Both the position numbers and the translations under genes were made by a program. This document shows positions 1 through 9,249 of a stretch of DNA of 64,000 bases, piece after piece (within the stretch, counting starts at the first letter, position 1; every line of letters starts with the position of its first letter). The DNA comes from an uncultured Acidobacteriota bacterium (lineage in GTDB: Bacteria > Acidobacteriota > Thermoanaerobaculia > Multivoradales > UBA5704). The stretch covers positions 81 through 64,080 of the forward strand of contig CAVWOZ010000040.1 in NCBI GenBank assembly GCA_963756595.1, read 5' to 3'. Below the pieces are notes generated by a model. The model was not told the DNA's origin, searched no databases, and saw only the letters and a list, made by a program, of their open reading frames with translations.

Positions 1-34
1 GCCGGCCGGAGTCGTAAACCTACCGATCCCGGGA

Positions 35-153
35 GCCTTTCTCCTCCCCCGTACTCGGGGGAGGCCGGGAGGGGGAGCTCCAACCAAGGAAAACGATCGG
101 CCTGCGAGCACCCCCTCCTGACCTCCCCCGAGTACGGGGGAGGAAAAAAGCAC
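35..153. repeat. REP doublet (inverted pair of CCTCCCCCGTACTCGGGGGAGG hairpins)
   Basis: Two inverted palindromic arms flank a spacer. A second near-identical copy lies at 10334-10460. Confidence 0.85.
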
Positions 154-194
154 CCTGCGAGATCGGCTGCCAGCCTCCGGCCGGCCCCCTCCCT

Positions 195-219
195 GGGCGG
201 GGACAAGCCCCGCCCCTAC
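195..219 (-). repeat. GTAG-type REP singlet
   Basis: The minus strand reads GTAGGGGCGGGGCTTGTCCCCGCCC, a GTAG tetranucleotide followed by a hairpin, as in RAYT-associated REPs. Confidence 0.65.
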
Positions 220-250
220 GTTTCGGTCTGAATCTCCGGTCGACGTCGGC

Positions 251-2287
251 CTACTTCCGCCGCCGCCTCCTGCGCCGCCGTTTCTTCGGCCCGGGGGTGG
301 CGTCGCCGTTCGCCGCTTCCCCTTCGGTACCGCCCTCGCCTTCGGGCACGTCCTCGAAGTCGTCGCCGTCCTCGTCGTCGTCCTCGACGTCGAAGGGGCG
401 GTCGGCGAAGGCGGGGCGGGGGGCCGGTCGCGCGAAGACGTTGCCGTCCGGCAGGGCCTCGTCCCGGGGCTCGGGCTCCCTCCGCGGTCCGATCTCGTCG
501 CCTTCGGCGCCGGCCTCGGCCTCCAGGTCGTGGCCGCCGTTCTCCCCATTCTCCTCGGGCTCGCCGTTGCCGTTCTCGCCGGGGGCTCCCTTCTTCCCCT
601 TGCGCTTGCGGCCGCCGCGGCGGCGGCGGCGCTTCTTGGCGGCGGCGCTGGTCTCGCCGCCGGCGGCGGGCGCCCCCTCGTCCCCTTCCTCCCCCTCGCT
701 CCTCTCGCCGCGGGCGGGGAGATCCTCGTCGTCCTCCTCCTCGTCCTCGGGGAGGGCGAGGTCCCAGGCCTGGAAGGTGATCGCGGGCTGCTTGGGCTTC
801 GGCGGCGGGACGGGCTTCTCCCGCTTCTTCCAGTCGATCTTCTCGTCCGGCCGGTGGAGGCCGGCGGTGGCGAGGATCTCGATCTCGATGTCGAACTCGT
901 TCTCGAGGTCGGCGAGCTCGCGGCGGTAGTGGTTCTGCAGCGCGTCGGCCAGCTCGGGGTGGAGGCCGATGCGGGCCCCCTGGATCGAGCCGGTGGCGGC
1001 GCGCGCCTCGATCCGACGCAGCAGCGAGAGGCAGACCATCTCCTCGCTGGCCAGCCGGCCGACGCCGTTGCAGGTCGGGCAGGGACGGTGGGTGCGCAGC
1101 TGGAGCGCCTGCTGGATGCGCTGGCGGTTGATCTCGAGCAGGCCGTTGGGGGAGACCCGGCCGACCGTCGAGCGCGCCTTGTCGGCCTTCATGGCGTCCT
1201 TGAGGACCTTCTCGACCTTGCGCTGCCCCTTCGAGGAGCGCATGTCGATGAAGTCGACCACCACGATGCCGCCGATGTCGCGCAGGCGGAGCTGCCGGGC
1301 CACCTCGGCCGCCGCCTCGACATTGGTGTTGAGCGCCGTCTCCTCCTGGGTGGCGGCGCGCGTCGAACGGCCGGAGTTGACGTCGATCGCGGTCAGCGCC
1401 TCGGTGCCGTCGATGACGATCGAGCCGCCGCTCGGCAGCTCGACCCGCCGCTCGTAGATGCGGTCGATCTGCGGCTCGAGGTCGTAGCGGCTGAACAGGG
1501 GGAGGCGCTCGGCGTAGCGGATCAGCCGCGTCTTCGAGCGCGGCATGAACGCCTCGATGTACGCCTTGGCCTTCTCGAACGCCTCGTCGTCGTCGACCAG
1601 CACCTCCTCGATGGTGCTGTCGAGGTAGTCGCGCAGCGCCTGGAGGATGAGGTCCTGGTCGGTGTAGAGGAGGCGGGTCCCCTTCCCCTGCATGGCCGCC
1701 GTCTGCACCTTCTTCCACAGGCGGAGGAGGGCCGAGAGGTCGCGGTTGAGGGTGATCTTCGTCTGCCCCAGCGCGTTGGTGCGCAGGATGACGCCGCAGC
1801 CGTCCGGCAGCTCGAGGCCGTTGGCCAGCTGCTTCAGCTTCTTGCGGGTGTCTTCGTCCTCGACCTTGCGCGAGACGCCACGTGTGTCCTCGAAAGGGGT
1901 CAACACGAGGTAGCGGCCGGCGAGGGAGAGACTGGTGGTGATCGCGGCACCCTTGGTGCCCATGGGGTCCTTCTCGACCTGGATGACGATCGGCTTGCCC
2001 TTTTCGAGCACCTCGTCGATCCGGGGATGAGGACTGGAGGGACGCCGGTAGTAGGCGTCGGGGACGACGTCCTGGATCGCCAGGAAACCATGGCGTTCGG
2101 CGCCGTATTCGATGAAGGCCGCGTTCAGGCTGGGCTGGATGCTGGCGATGACGCCGCGGTAGATGTTGCCGCGGGTCAAGCCCGCCTCGGCGACGTCCAC
2201 CTTGTAGTTCTCGAGCACGTTCCCTTGAACGATGGCGACGCGCAGCTCCTCCGGACGCTGGGCGTTGATGAGCATTCTGCGGATCAA
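251..2287 (-). CDS. rne: Rne/Rng family ribonuclease (RNase E-like, with disordered C-terminal tail)
   Basis: S1 motif GNIYRG..FIEYG, catalytic motifs IDVNSG and VDFIDM, Zn-link CPTC, and alternating acidic and Arg-rich C-terminal blocks. TTG start at 2287 chosen because GGAG lies upstream. Confidence 0.93.
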   Translation of the reverse strand: MIRRMLINAQRPEELRVAIVQGNVLENYKVDVAEAGLTRGNIYRGVIASIQPSLNAAFIEYGAERHGFLAIQDVVPDAYYRRPSSPHPRIDEVLEKGKPIVIQVEKDPMGTKGAAITTSLSLAGRYLVLTPFEDTRGVSRKVEDEDTRKKLKQLANGLELPDGCGVILRTNALGQTKITLNRDLSALLRLWKKVQTAAMQGKGTRLLYTDQDLILQALRDYLDSTIEEVLVDDDEAFEKAKAYIEAFMPRSKTRLIRYAERLPLFSRYDLEPQIDRIYERRVELPSGGSIVIDGTEALTAIDVNSGRSTRAATQEETALNTNVEAAAEVARQLRLRDIGGIVVVDFIDMRSSKGQRKVEKVLKDAMKADKARSTVGRVSPNGLLEINRQRIQQALQLRTHRPCPTCNGVGRLASEEMVCLSLLRRIEARAATGSIQGARIGLHPELADALQNHYRRELADLENEFDIEIEILATAGLHRPDEKIDWKKREKPVPPPKPKQPAITFQAWDLALPEDEEEDDEDLPARGERSEGEEGDEGAPAAGGETSAAAKKRRRRRGGRKRKGKKGAPGENGNGEPEENGENGGHDLEAEAGAEGDEIGPRREPEPRDEALPDGNVFARPAPRPAFADRPFDVEDDDEDGDDFEDVPEGEGGTEGEAANGDATPGPKKRRRRRRRRK

Positions 2288-2486
2288 AGTTTCTCCATTT
2301 GGCTGGATCCCAGGAAAAGAGGGGAGGGTTTGGGGGGTGGGACGGTGGGGGGTAAGCCTCTGCTGGGGCGTATTTTGACTGAAGCCGCGCCCATCCCGCA
2401 ACTGTGAGGGCTCCCGGGCCGCAGGCCTGCTAGACTCCGGAGGTCTCCGGCCTTGCGGAATCCGGCGGAGCGGAAGCCGAGGAACG

Positions 2487-4043
2487 ATGAAAACCTACGA
2501 CGTGGTGGTCCTGGGGGGCGCCTTCAGCGGCGCCGCGGCGGCCGTGCTGCTGCGGCGCGACCGGCCCGACCTCTCCGTGCTGGTGATCGAGCGGCAGGAG
2601 GCGTTCGACGCCAAGGTGGGGGAGGCGACCACGGAGATGTCGGGGATGTTCCTCACCCGCCGCCTCGCCCTCTGGGAGCACCTGGAGCGCGAGCACCTGC
2701 CGAAGGAGGGGCTGCGCTACTGGTTCCACAACGACAAGGTCACCCGCCACGCCGAGGCGAGCGAGTCGGGCGCCTTCCAGCGCAGCACCGTCCCCTCCTT
2801 CCAGCTCCGCCGCGACGTCCTCGACGAGCACATCCTGGCGAACGCCGTGGCCGAGGGGGCGGAGCTCGCCCGGCCGGCCCGCGTCACCGACGTCGAGCTC
2901 GGCGACTTCGACCACCGGGTGACCTTCGAGCGCGGGGGGGCGAGCGAGACGGTCGGCTGCCGCTGGGTGCTCGACGCCACCGGCCGTGCCAACTTCCTCG
3001 GCAAGCGGCTGGGGCTGATCGAAAGGAACCGCGAGCACCCCACGGCGGCGGTCTGGTGCCGCTGGGAGGGGGTGCGCCACATCGACGACGTCGCCGCCCG
3101 CGGCCCGCTCAAGTTCGCCCGCGGCAACGTCTCCTCCCGGCGCCTCGCCACCAACCACTACATGGGGTACGGCTACTGGGTGTGGTTCATCCCGCTCGGC
3201 AACGGCGAGACCAGCATCGGGATCGTCTTCGACACCCGCCTGGTGCAGCTCGACCGCGGCAGCCACCTGGAGAGCGCCTACCGCGCCTTCCTCCAGGCGA
3301 TCCCCGCCGCCGCCGAGCTCCTCCCCGGCGCCACCCTGAAGACGGAGGACCTGCGGACCTACTCGAACCTCGCCTACGTCACCCGCCAGTACATGGGGAA
3401 CGGCTGGGCGCTGGTCGGCGACGCCGCGGCCTTCCTCGACCCCTACTACTCGCCCGGGCTCGACCACGCTTCCTTCTCGGTCGAGGCGACGGTCGAGATC
3501 GTCAAGGCGCAGATTCCGCCGGCGGGCGCCGCGCCCGAGTCCGTCGAGAAGATCGCCGCCCGGATCGCCGCCCACAACGAAGTGTTCTTGCGCTCCTACC
3601 ACCGCTTCTTCCGCGCCATCTACCAGGACAAGTACTTCTACATGGGGGAGCACGACCTGCTCTCGGCGTCGTTCCTGATCGACACGGCGCAGTACTACAT
3701 CTTCGTGGTGATCCCCGCCTACCGTTTCTTCGGGAAATTCCAGTGGATGCCGGTGCTCGGCCCCAAGCCGGCGTTCATCAGCTATCACATGATGCGGATC
3801 TACAACCGGCGCTTCAAGGCGATCGCGCTCTCGCGCCGGGCCGCCGGCGAGGCCGGGAAGCGCAACGACGGCCGCCGCATCCGCGCCCTCTACGACCTCC
3901 AGGCCGCCCCCCTCCGCATGGCCGCCCGCGGCCTCAAGCTCTGGCTCTACGCCGAAGCCGACAACCTCCGCCTGGCGGCGAAGCGGCTGTTCGCGGGACG
4001 GGGGGAGCCGATGCCGGAGGAGATGCCGGTCGAGGAAGGCTGA
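2487..4043 (+). CDS. flavin-dependent halogenase (tryptophan halogenase superfamily)
   Basis: N-terminal FAD motif variant VLGGAFSG, KVGEA, candidate catalytic Lys in HLPKEGL, halogenase motif WVWFIP, and GDAAAFLDPYYSPG. Confidence 0.8.
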   Translation: MKTYDVVVLGGAFSGAAAAVLLRRDRPDLSVLVIERQEAFDAKVGEATTEMSGMFLTRRLALWEHLEREHLPKEGLRYWFHNDKVTRHAEASESGAFQRSTVPSFQLRRDVLDEHILANAVAEGAELARPARVTDVELGDFDHRVTFERGGASETVGCRWVLDATGRANFLGKRLGLIERNREHPTAAVWCRWEGVRHIDDVAARGPLKFARGNVSSRRLATNHYMGYGYWVWFIPLGNGETSIGIVFDTRLVQLDRGSHLESAYRAFLQAIPAAAELLPGATLKTEDLRTYSNLAYVTRQYMGNGWALVGDAAAFLDPYYSPGLDHASFSVEATVEIVKAQIPPAGAAPESVEKIAARIAAHNEVFLRSYHRFFRAIYQDKYFYMGEHDLLSASFLIDTAQYYIFVVIPAYRFFGKFQWMPVLGPKPAFISYHMMRIYNRRFKAIALSRRAAGEAGKRNDGRRIRALYDLQAAPLRMAARGLKLWLYAEADNLRLAAKRLFAGRGEPMPEEMPVEEG

Positions 4044-4044
4044 G

Positions 4045-4584
4045 CTAGAACAGCCCGAGCTCCAGCCGCGCCGCCTCGCTCATCATCGCCTGGTCCCACT
4101 GCGGATCGAACACCACCTCGACGTCCGCCTGCTCGACGGTGGGGATCTTCTCGACCCGCTCCTTGACCTCCTTGGCGAGGACGGGGCCCATGCCGCAGCC
4201 GGGGGCGGTCAGGGTCATCTTGATGTCCACCCGGTTCCCCCCCTCGGGGCGGGGGTGGACCTCGCAGTTGTAGACCAGGCCGAGGTCGACGATGTTGATC
4301 GGGATCTCGGGGTCGTAGCAGGTCTTGAGGCGCGCCCAGACCTGCTCTTCGAGGCTCTCTCCCTCCGGCTCGGCGAGCGCCTCGCCGGGCTCCTTGCCGA
4401 GCGCGTCGGCGTCCTCGGGGGCGATGCGGAAGAGATAGCCGCGGTCGGTCGCCACGGTGAAGGAGCCGCCGAGCGCCTGGGTGATGCGGACGCGGGTCCC
4501 CTGGGAGAGGCGGGCCGCCGTCCCCTCGGGGATCTGGACGGCGGGACATTCCCGCCGGAGGTAAGAATATTCGGGCGCTGCCAT
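4045..4584 (-). CDS. sufT: Fe-S cluster assembly protein SufT (DUF59)
   Basis: ITQALGGSFTV N-terminal domain, YDPEIPINIVDLGLVY, TLTAPGCGMG, and FDPQW..MMSEAARLELG. Start trimmed to ATG at 4584. Confidence 0.9.
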   Translation of the reverse strand: MAAPEYSYLRRECPAVQIPEGTAARLSQGTRVRITQALGGSFTVATDRGYLFRIAPEDADALGKEPGEALAEPEGESLEEQVWARLKTCYDPEIPINIVDLGLVYNCEVHPRPEGGNRVDIKMTLTAPGCGMGPVLAKEVKERVEKIPTVEQADVEVVFDPQWDQAMMSEAARLELGLF

Positions 4585-4693
4585 GGGGTTGTTGCGGACG
4601 CGGGAAGCGGGTTCCACGGGCCGGGATGAGCTTAGCACAGCGCATCCTGGGGGTTGGCCTGCTAGAATCCCCTTCAGCTTTTGGAAGGTCGTA

Positions 4694-5755
4694 ATGAAGC
4701 ATTCATCCTGGGTATCGCTCCTCGTCCTCGCCTTTCTCCTCTGCGCCTTACCGGCCGCCGCCGTCTCCTCCGGGTGGCTGCGGGCGGACATCCCGGCGAC
4801 CGGCTCCTACTACTGGCGCTACGTGCCGGCGTCGCTCGACGCCAGCCGCCCCGCTCCGCTGATCCTCTTCCTCCACGGCTCGCAGGGGACCCCGGACCTC
4901 TACAAGCCCTACGTGGTCGACGCCGCCGAGAAGGCGGGGTGCGTAGTGGCGATGCCGAAGTCGTCCGCGGACTCCGGGTGGGGGCTCGGCAACGACGAGC
5001 AGACGGTGGCGGAGACCCTGCGCCTGGTGCGCGCCGAGCTGCCGGTCGACCCGCTGCGGGTCGCCCTCGCGGGGCACTCGGCGGGGGGGGCCTACGCCTA
5101 CCTGCTGGCCTACGCGGGCTCGACGTACAGCGCCGTCTTCACCCTCTCGGCGCCGTTCTACGCCGTCGCCGCGCTCGCCGACGCCGCCTACAAGCCGCCG
5201 ATCCACATGTGGTACGGCACCCTCGACCCCAACTACACCGGCGCCCGGCCGAGCCTCGAGGCGCAGTGGACGCGCCTCGGCGTCCCCTTCGAGGAGGAGA
5301 TCCAGAACGGCTTCAGCCACAACGTGTGGCCCAACTCGGCGATGGCCGACGGCTTCGTCTTCGCGGCGGGGAAGAGCCGCCCCGACCCCAGCGTCACCTG
5401 CACGCCGACCGCCACCAGCCACTGCCTCCAGGGGGGGCGCTTCCGCGTCGAGGCGACCTGGGACGCCGACGGCAGCTCGGGGGCCGGGCAGGCCGTCGCC
5501 GGCGCCTCGCCGACCGCGGGGCTCCTCTGGTTCTTCAGCCCCGACAACTGGGAGCTGATGGTCAAGGTGCTCGACGGCTGCGCCGTGAACCAGCGCTACT
5601 GGGTGTTCGCCGCCGGCACCACCAACGTCCACTACGTGCTGACCGTCACCGACACGCGGACCGGCAAGGTGGCGCGCTACGAGAACCCGGCCGGCCGCGC
5701 CGCCGCGGCGACCACCGACGTCGACGCTTTCGACGGCTGTCCGGCGAGCCCTTGA
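4694..5755 (+). CDS. secreted alpha/beta-hydrolase (esterase) with C-terminal uncharacterised Cys-containing domain
   Basis: Signal peptide MKHSSWVSLLVLAFLLCALPAAA, FLHGS and GHSAG nucleophile elbow, followed by a distinct CLQGGRFRVE...WFFSPDNWELMVKVLDGC domain. Confidence 0.82.
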   Translation: MKHSSWVSLLVLAFLLCALPAAAVSSGWLRADIPATGSYYWRYVPASLDASRPAPLILFLHGSQGTPDLYKPYVVDAAEKAGCVVAMPKSSADSGWGLGNDEQTVAETLRLVRAELPVDPLRVALAGHSAGGAYAYLLAYAGSTYSAVFTLSAPFYAVAALADAAYKPPIHMWYGTLDPNYTGARPSLEAQWTRLGVPFEEEIQNGFSHNVWPNSAMADGFVFAAGKSRPDPSVTCTPTATSHCLQGGRFRVEATWDADGSSGAGQAVAGASPTAGLLWFFSPDNWELMVKVLDGCAVNQRYWVFAAGTTNVHYVLTVTDTRTGKVARYENPAGRAAAATTDVDAFDGCPASP

Positions 5756-5777
5756 TCCTGTAAAGTTCGAGGACGCC

Positions 5778-7748
5778 ATGGAACCGGTCGCCCGTCCAGC
5801 CCCCACCTGGGATGAATGCGTCGATATCCTCGCGCGCTTCCCCTCGCTGCCGGCCGAGCGCCGCGCCGAGGCGGTGGAGCACCTGGTGCGCAACCCCAGC
5901 CCCGGCATCCGGGAGCAGGGGCTGCGCCTCGGCGCCACCCTGCTGCCGGACTCCCGGCTCGCCGAGTACCTGCGCGATCCGGCCGACGCGGCGCTGCGCA
6001 GCGCCGGCTCCGAGATCCTCCGCTTGCGCGGCGTGCGCAGCCTGCCGGTGGTCGTCGGCCTGCTGCGCGACGCCGACGACGACGTCGTCCTGCAGGCCGT
6101 CCTCATCCTCGGCAAGCTGCGCGATCCGCGCGCCCTCGAGCCGCTCCATTCCGTGCTCGGCCATGCCGATCCCAACGTGCAGCAGGAGGCGATCCTCGCC
6201 ATCGGCGCGCTCGGCGACGCGCGCTCGATCCCGCACCTGATCCCTTTCCTCGACGGCGACCCCTGGGTGCAGATGGCCGCCGTGCAGGCGCTCGGCGACC
6301 TGCGCTCCCCGGCGGCGGTCCCCCACGTCGCCGCCCGGCTGACCGACCCCCTGGTGGGATCGCTGGCGGCCGAGGCGCTGGCCCGGATCGGCGGCGAGCC
6401 CGCCTTCCGCGCCCTCGCCGGCCACTGGCCCGCGGGCGGGGTGGAGATCGAGGAGGAGACGATGCTCGGCCTCCTCGCCCACGTTATTGAGGGAGTACAG
6501 CGCGAAGGGTGCCAGCGCGGCGAGCCGGCGGCGGAGCTTCCCGCCGGCTTCCGCGAGGCGCTCGCGGCGCGCCTCCACGATCGTTCGGCCGAGGTGAGCT
6601 CGGCCGCCGCCCGCTGCCTGGTGGCGCTCGGCGCCAGCGCCTGGGACGCCGAGGCGATCGCGGTGCTGGCGGCGCGCGGCAGTGGGGGGAGCTCCGCTGC
6701 GCTGATCCTCCGACCGATCGCCCTCGCCTGGCGGCGCGACCTGATCGCGCCGCTGCTCACCGGCGCGGAGGAGACGCGGGCGTGGGGGTTCCAGCTCGCC
6801 GCCGCCTTCCCCGAGGCCCTGGCGGACGAGCCCTCGGCGGCGGCTTTCCTCGCCGGCGTGCGCGAGACGGCGGAGCGCCCGGAGCTCCTCCCCTCGCTCC
6901 TCCAGGCGCTCGAGAAGATCCGCCTGCCGGGCCTCGGCGCCGCACTGCTCGACCTCTATCTGGCCCTTCCCGCCCCGGCGCGCGAGCCGCTGGTGCCGGC
7001 GCTCGACCCCTACCGCGACGAGATCCGCGCGGCGCTCGCCGCGCGGGCGGCCCGCGAAGGGGTCGAGGAGGCGGACCGGCTGGTCCTCGCCGCCCTGCTC
7101 GGCGGGGCGATCGACGAGGCGGTGGTGGCGATCCTCGACCTGCCGGCGCCGCTGCGTCCCGGCGTCGTCTCGCGGCTGATGCGGCTCGAGGGGTTCGCCC
7201 CCCTCCTCCCCTGGGAGGACTGGCTGGAGGAGGCCCCCGAGCTCTACACCGCGCTCGCCGCCGAGGCCGCCGTGCGCGGCGGCTTGCCCGAGCTGCTGCC
7301 GGCCCTGCGCGCCCGCGCCGCCGTCGCCCCGTCGCCCGCGCTGATCCGCGCCTTCGGCGCCTTCGGCGACCGCGACGCCGTGCCGCTCCTCGCGCGCTGC
7401 CTCGACGAGCGCGAGGAGCTGCGGCCGGCCGCCCTCGAGTGCCTGGGGAGGATCGGCGGCCCCGAGGCCCGCGCCGCGCTGCGCGAGGCCGTGCGCGCCT
7501 TCAATACCGCCCTCAATACGGGCGAGACCGCGCGGATCGCCTACAAGGCGCTCGCCGCCTGCGCCGGAGTCGGCGACGACGCCCTCTTCCGCGGCGCCGC
7601 CCTGCACCCCGACTGGCACGTCCGCCTCGCCGCCGCCGAGGTCCTCGGCCGCTTCCACGGCCCCGACAACGCCATCGCCCTGGCCCGCCTCGCCGCCGAT
7701 CCCACCCCGGCGGTGGCGCACCGCGCGCTCGCCGCGATCGAGAACTGA
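5778..7748 (+). CDS. HEAT/PBS-lyase repeat protein
   Basis: Repeated motifs such as D.D..V...A...LG (DADDDVVLQAVLILG, DPNVQQEAILAIG, DPWVQMAAVQALG, PDWHVRLAAAEVLG). Confidence 0.85.
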   Translation: MEPVARPAPTWDECVDILARFPSLPAERRAEAVEHLVRNPSPGIREQGLRLGATLLPDSRLAEYLRDPADAALRSAGSEILRLRGVRSLPVVVGLLRDADDDVVLQAVLILGKLRDPRALEPLHSVLGHADPNVQQEAILAIGALGDARSIPHLIPFLDGDPWVQMAAVQALGDLRSPAAVPHVAARLTDPLVGSLAAEALARIGGEPAFRALAGHWPAGGVEIEEETMLGLLAHVIEGVQREGCQRGEPAAELPAGFREALAARLHDRSAEVSSAAARCLVALGASAWDAEAIAVLAARGSGGSSAALILRPIALAWRRDLIAPLLTGAEETRAWGFQLAAAFPEALADEPSAAAFLAGVRETAERPELLPSLLQALEKIRLPGLGAALLDLYLALPAPAREPLVPALDPYRDEIRAALAARAAREGVEEADRLVLAALLGGAIDEAVVAILDLPAPLRPGVVSRLMRLEGFAPLLPWEDWLEEAPELYTALAAEAAVRGGLPELLPALRARAAVAPSPALIRAFGAFGDRDAVPLLARCLDEREELRPAALECLGRIGGPEARAALREAVRAFNTALNTGETARIAYKALAACAGVGDDALFRGAALHPDWHVRLAAAEVLGRFHGPDNAIALARLAADPTPAVAHRALAAIEN

Positions 7749-7754
7749 CCCCGC

Positions 7755-8291
7755 GTGCGCAAGATCACCCTCATCACCACCGGCGGCACGATCGAGAAGA
7801 CCTACGACGAGCGGACGGGGGAGCTCGCCAACCGGCGCTCCCTCGTCGGGCGGATGCTCTCCGAGCTGCGGCTCGAGGAGACCGCCGTCGAGGTCCGCGA
7901 GCTGATGAGCAAGGACAGCCTGGAGATGACCGAGGAGGACCGCCGCCGGATCCTCGCGGCGGTCGAGGCGAACGGCGCCTGCGCGGACGGCGAGGCGGCC
8001 GCCATCGTCATCCTCCACGGCACCGACACCCTCTGCCTCACCGGCCAGTACCTCTGGGAGCACCTGGAGCACCCGCGCATCCCCGTGGTCCTCACCGGCG
8101 CCATGCGCCCGTTCGAGATGAAGCAGTCCGACGCGCTCCAGAACCTCACCGAGGCGGTGTTCGCCGCCGGCACCCTGCCGCCCGGCGTCTACGCCGTCGC
8201 GCACGGCCGGGCGTTGCCGTTCCCCGGCGTCCGCAAGGACCTCGAGCGCGGCACCTTCGTCAAGACTCCCGTCACCCCCGCGGAGCCTTGA
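7755..8291 (+). CDS. short-chain asparaginase-domain protein
   Basis: TTGGTI, HGTDT and VVLTGAMRP motifs. At 178 aa it covers the N-terminal domain only. Confidence 0.85.
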   Translation: MRKITLITTGGTIEKTYDERTGELANRRSLVGRMLSELRLEETAVEVRELMSKDSLEMTEEDRRRILAAVEANGACADGEAAAIVILHGTDTLCLTGQYLWEHLEHPRIPVVLTGAMRPFEMKQSDALQNLTEAVFAAGTLPPGVYAVAHGRALPFPGVRKDLERGTFVKTPVTPAEP

Positions 8292-9135
8292 GCCGCAGCA
8301 GCTCCTCCGGCGGCTCGCCGAGGAAGAGGTCGCGGTGGAGCGGGTGCCCCGGCGCCACCGCGTAGCGCTCGAAGTCGGTGACCCCCTCCTCGCGCAACAC
8401 CTCCTCGTCGATGTAGAAGCGGCCGGTGGCGGCGCGGCTGTCGCGGGTCAGCACGACGTGGGCGGCGTCGGCCATGATGTCGGTCGTCCGGCAGCTCTCG
8501 GGCGGCGTGATCCCCCCCAGCATGGCGAGGGCGGCGGTGGCGATCACCGTGCGCGGCCAGAGGGCGTTGACGGCGATCCCCTCCTCCGCGAACTCGGCGG
8601 ACATCCCCAGCACGCACTGGCTCATCCCGTACTTCGACATCGTGTAGGCGGTGTGCATCCGGAACCAGCGCGGATCGAGGTTGATCGGCGGCGACAGGGT
8701 GAGGATGTGAGGGTTGGGCGCCTTGAGCAGATGCGGGATGCAGGCCTGCGAGCAGGCGAAGGTGCCGCGGGCGTTGACCCCCCACATCAGGTCGAAGCGC
8801 TTCATCGGCGTCTCGAGGGTGCCGGTGAGGTTGATCGCGCTGGCGTTGTTGATCAGGATGTCGATGCCGCCGAACGCCGCCACCGTCTTCGCCACGGCGG
8901 CCTGGATCTGCTCGTCGTCGCGGATGTCCGCCTGGATCGCCAGCCCGCGCCCGCCGGCCGCGTCGACCTCGGCGGCGGCCTCGTGGATCGTCCCCGGCAG
9001 CTTCGGATGCGGCTCGGCCGTCTTGGCCACGATGGCGACGTTGGCGCCGTCGGCGGCGGCGCGCAGGGCGATCGCCTTGCCGATGCCGCGGCTGGCGCCG
9101 GTGATGAAGAGGGTCTTTCCCTTCAAGTCTGCCAT
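8272..9135 (-). CDS. SDR family NAD(P)-dependent oxidoreductase (HSDL2-like)
   Basis: TGASRGIG, KTAEPHPKLPGTI, NNASAI, YTMSK and NALWPRT. ATG at 9135 with GGAG RBS. Confidence 0.9.
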   Translation of the reverse strand: MADLKGKTLFITGASRGIGKAIALRAAADGANVAIVAKTAEPHPKLPGTIHEAAAEVDAAGGRGLAIQADIRDDEQIQAAVAKTVAAFGGIDILINNASAINLTGTLETPMKRFDLMWGVNARGTFACSQACIPHLLKAPNPHILTLSPPINLDPRWFRMHTAYTMSKYGMSQCVLGMSAEFAEEGIAVNALWPRTVIATAALAMLGGITPPESCRTTDIMADAAHVVLTRDSRAATGRFYIDEEVLREEGVTDFERYAVAPGHPLHRDLFLGEPPEELLRLKAPRG

Positions 9136-9154
9136 CCGTTCTCCCATCGTTCGT

Positions 9155-9242
9155 GGAGATCCTGCTTGCCCCTGCTCGCCTCCTTCGGGCTGCGCTCGCT
9201 TCGCTCGCTGCCAATCGGCTGCGCGGGGCAATCAGGATCTCC
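9155..9242. repeat. structured dispersed repeat, copy 1 (56-bp core 9171-9226 inside an 18-bp inverted stem)
   Basis: The core matches the reverse complement of 13228-13283 at 54/56 positions. Flanks 9155-9172 and 9225-9242 are inverted repeats with 1 mismatch. Confidence 0.85.
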
Positions 9243-9249
9243 TGGTTGC

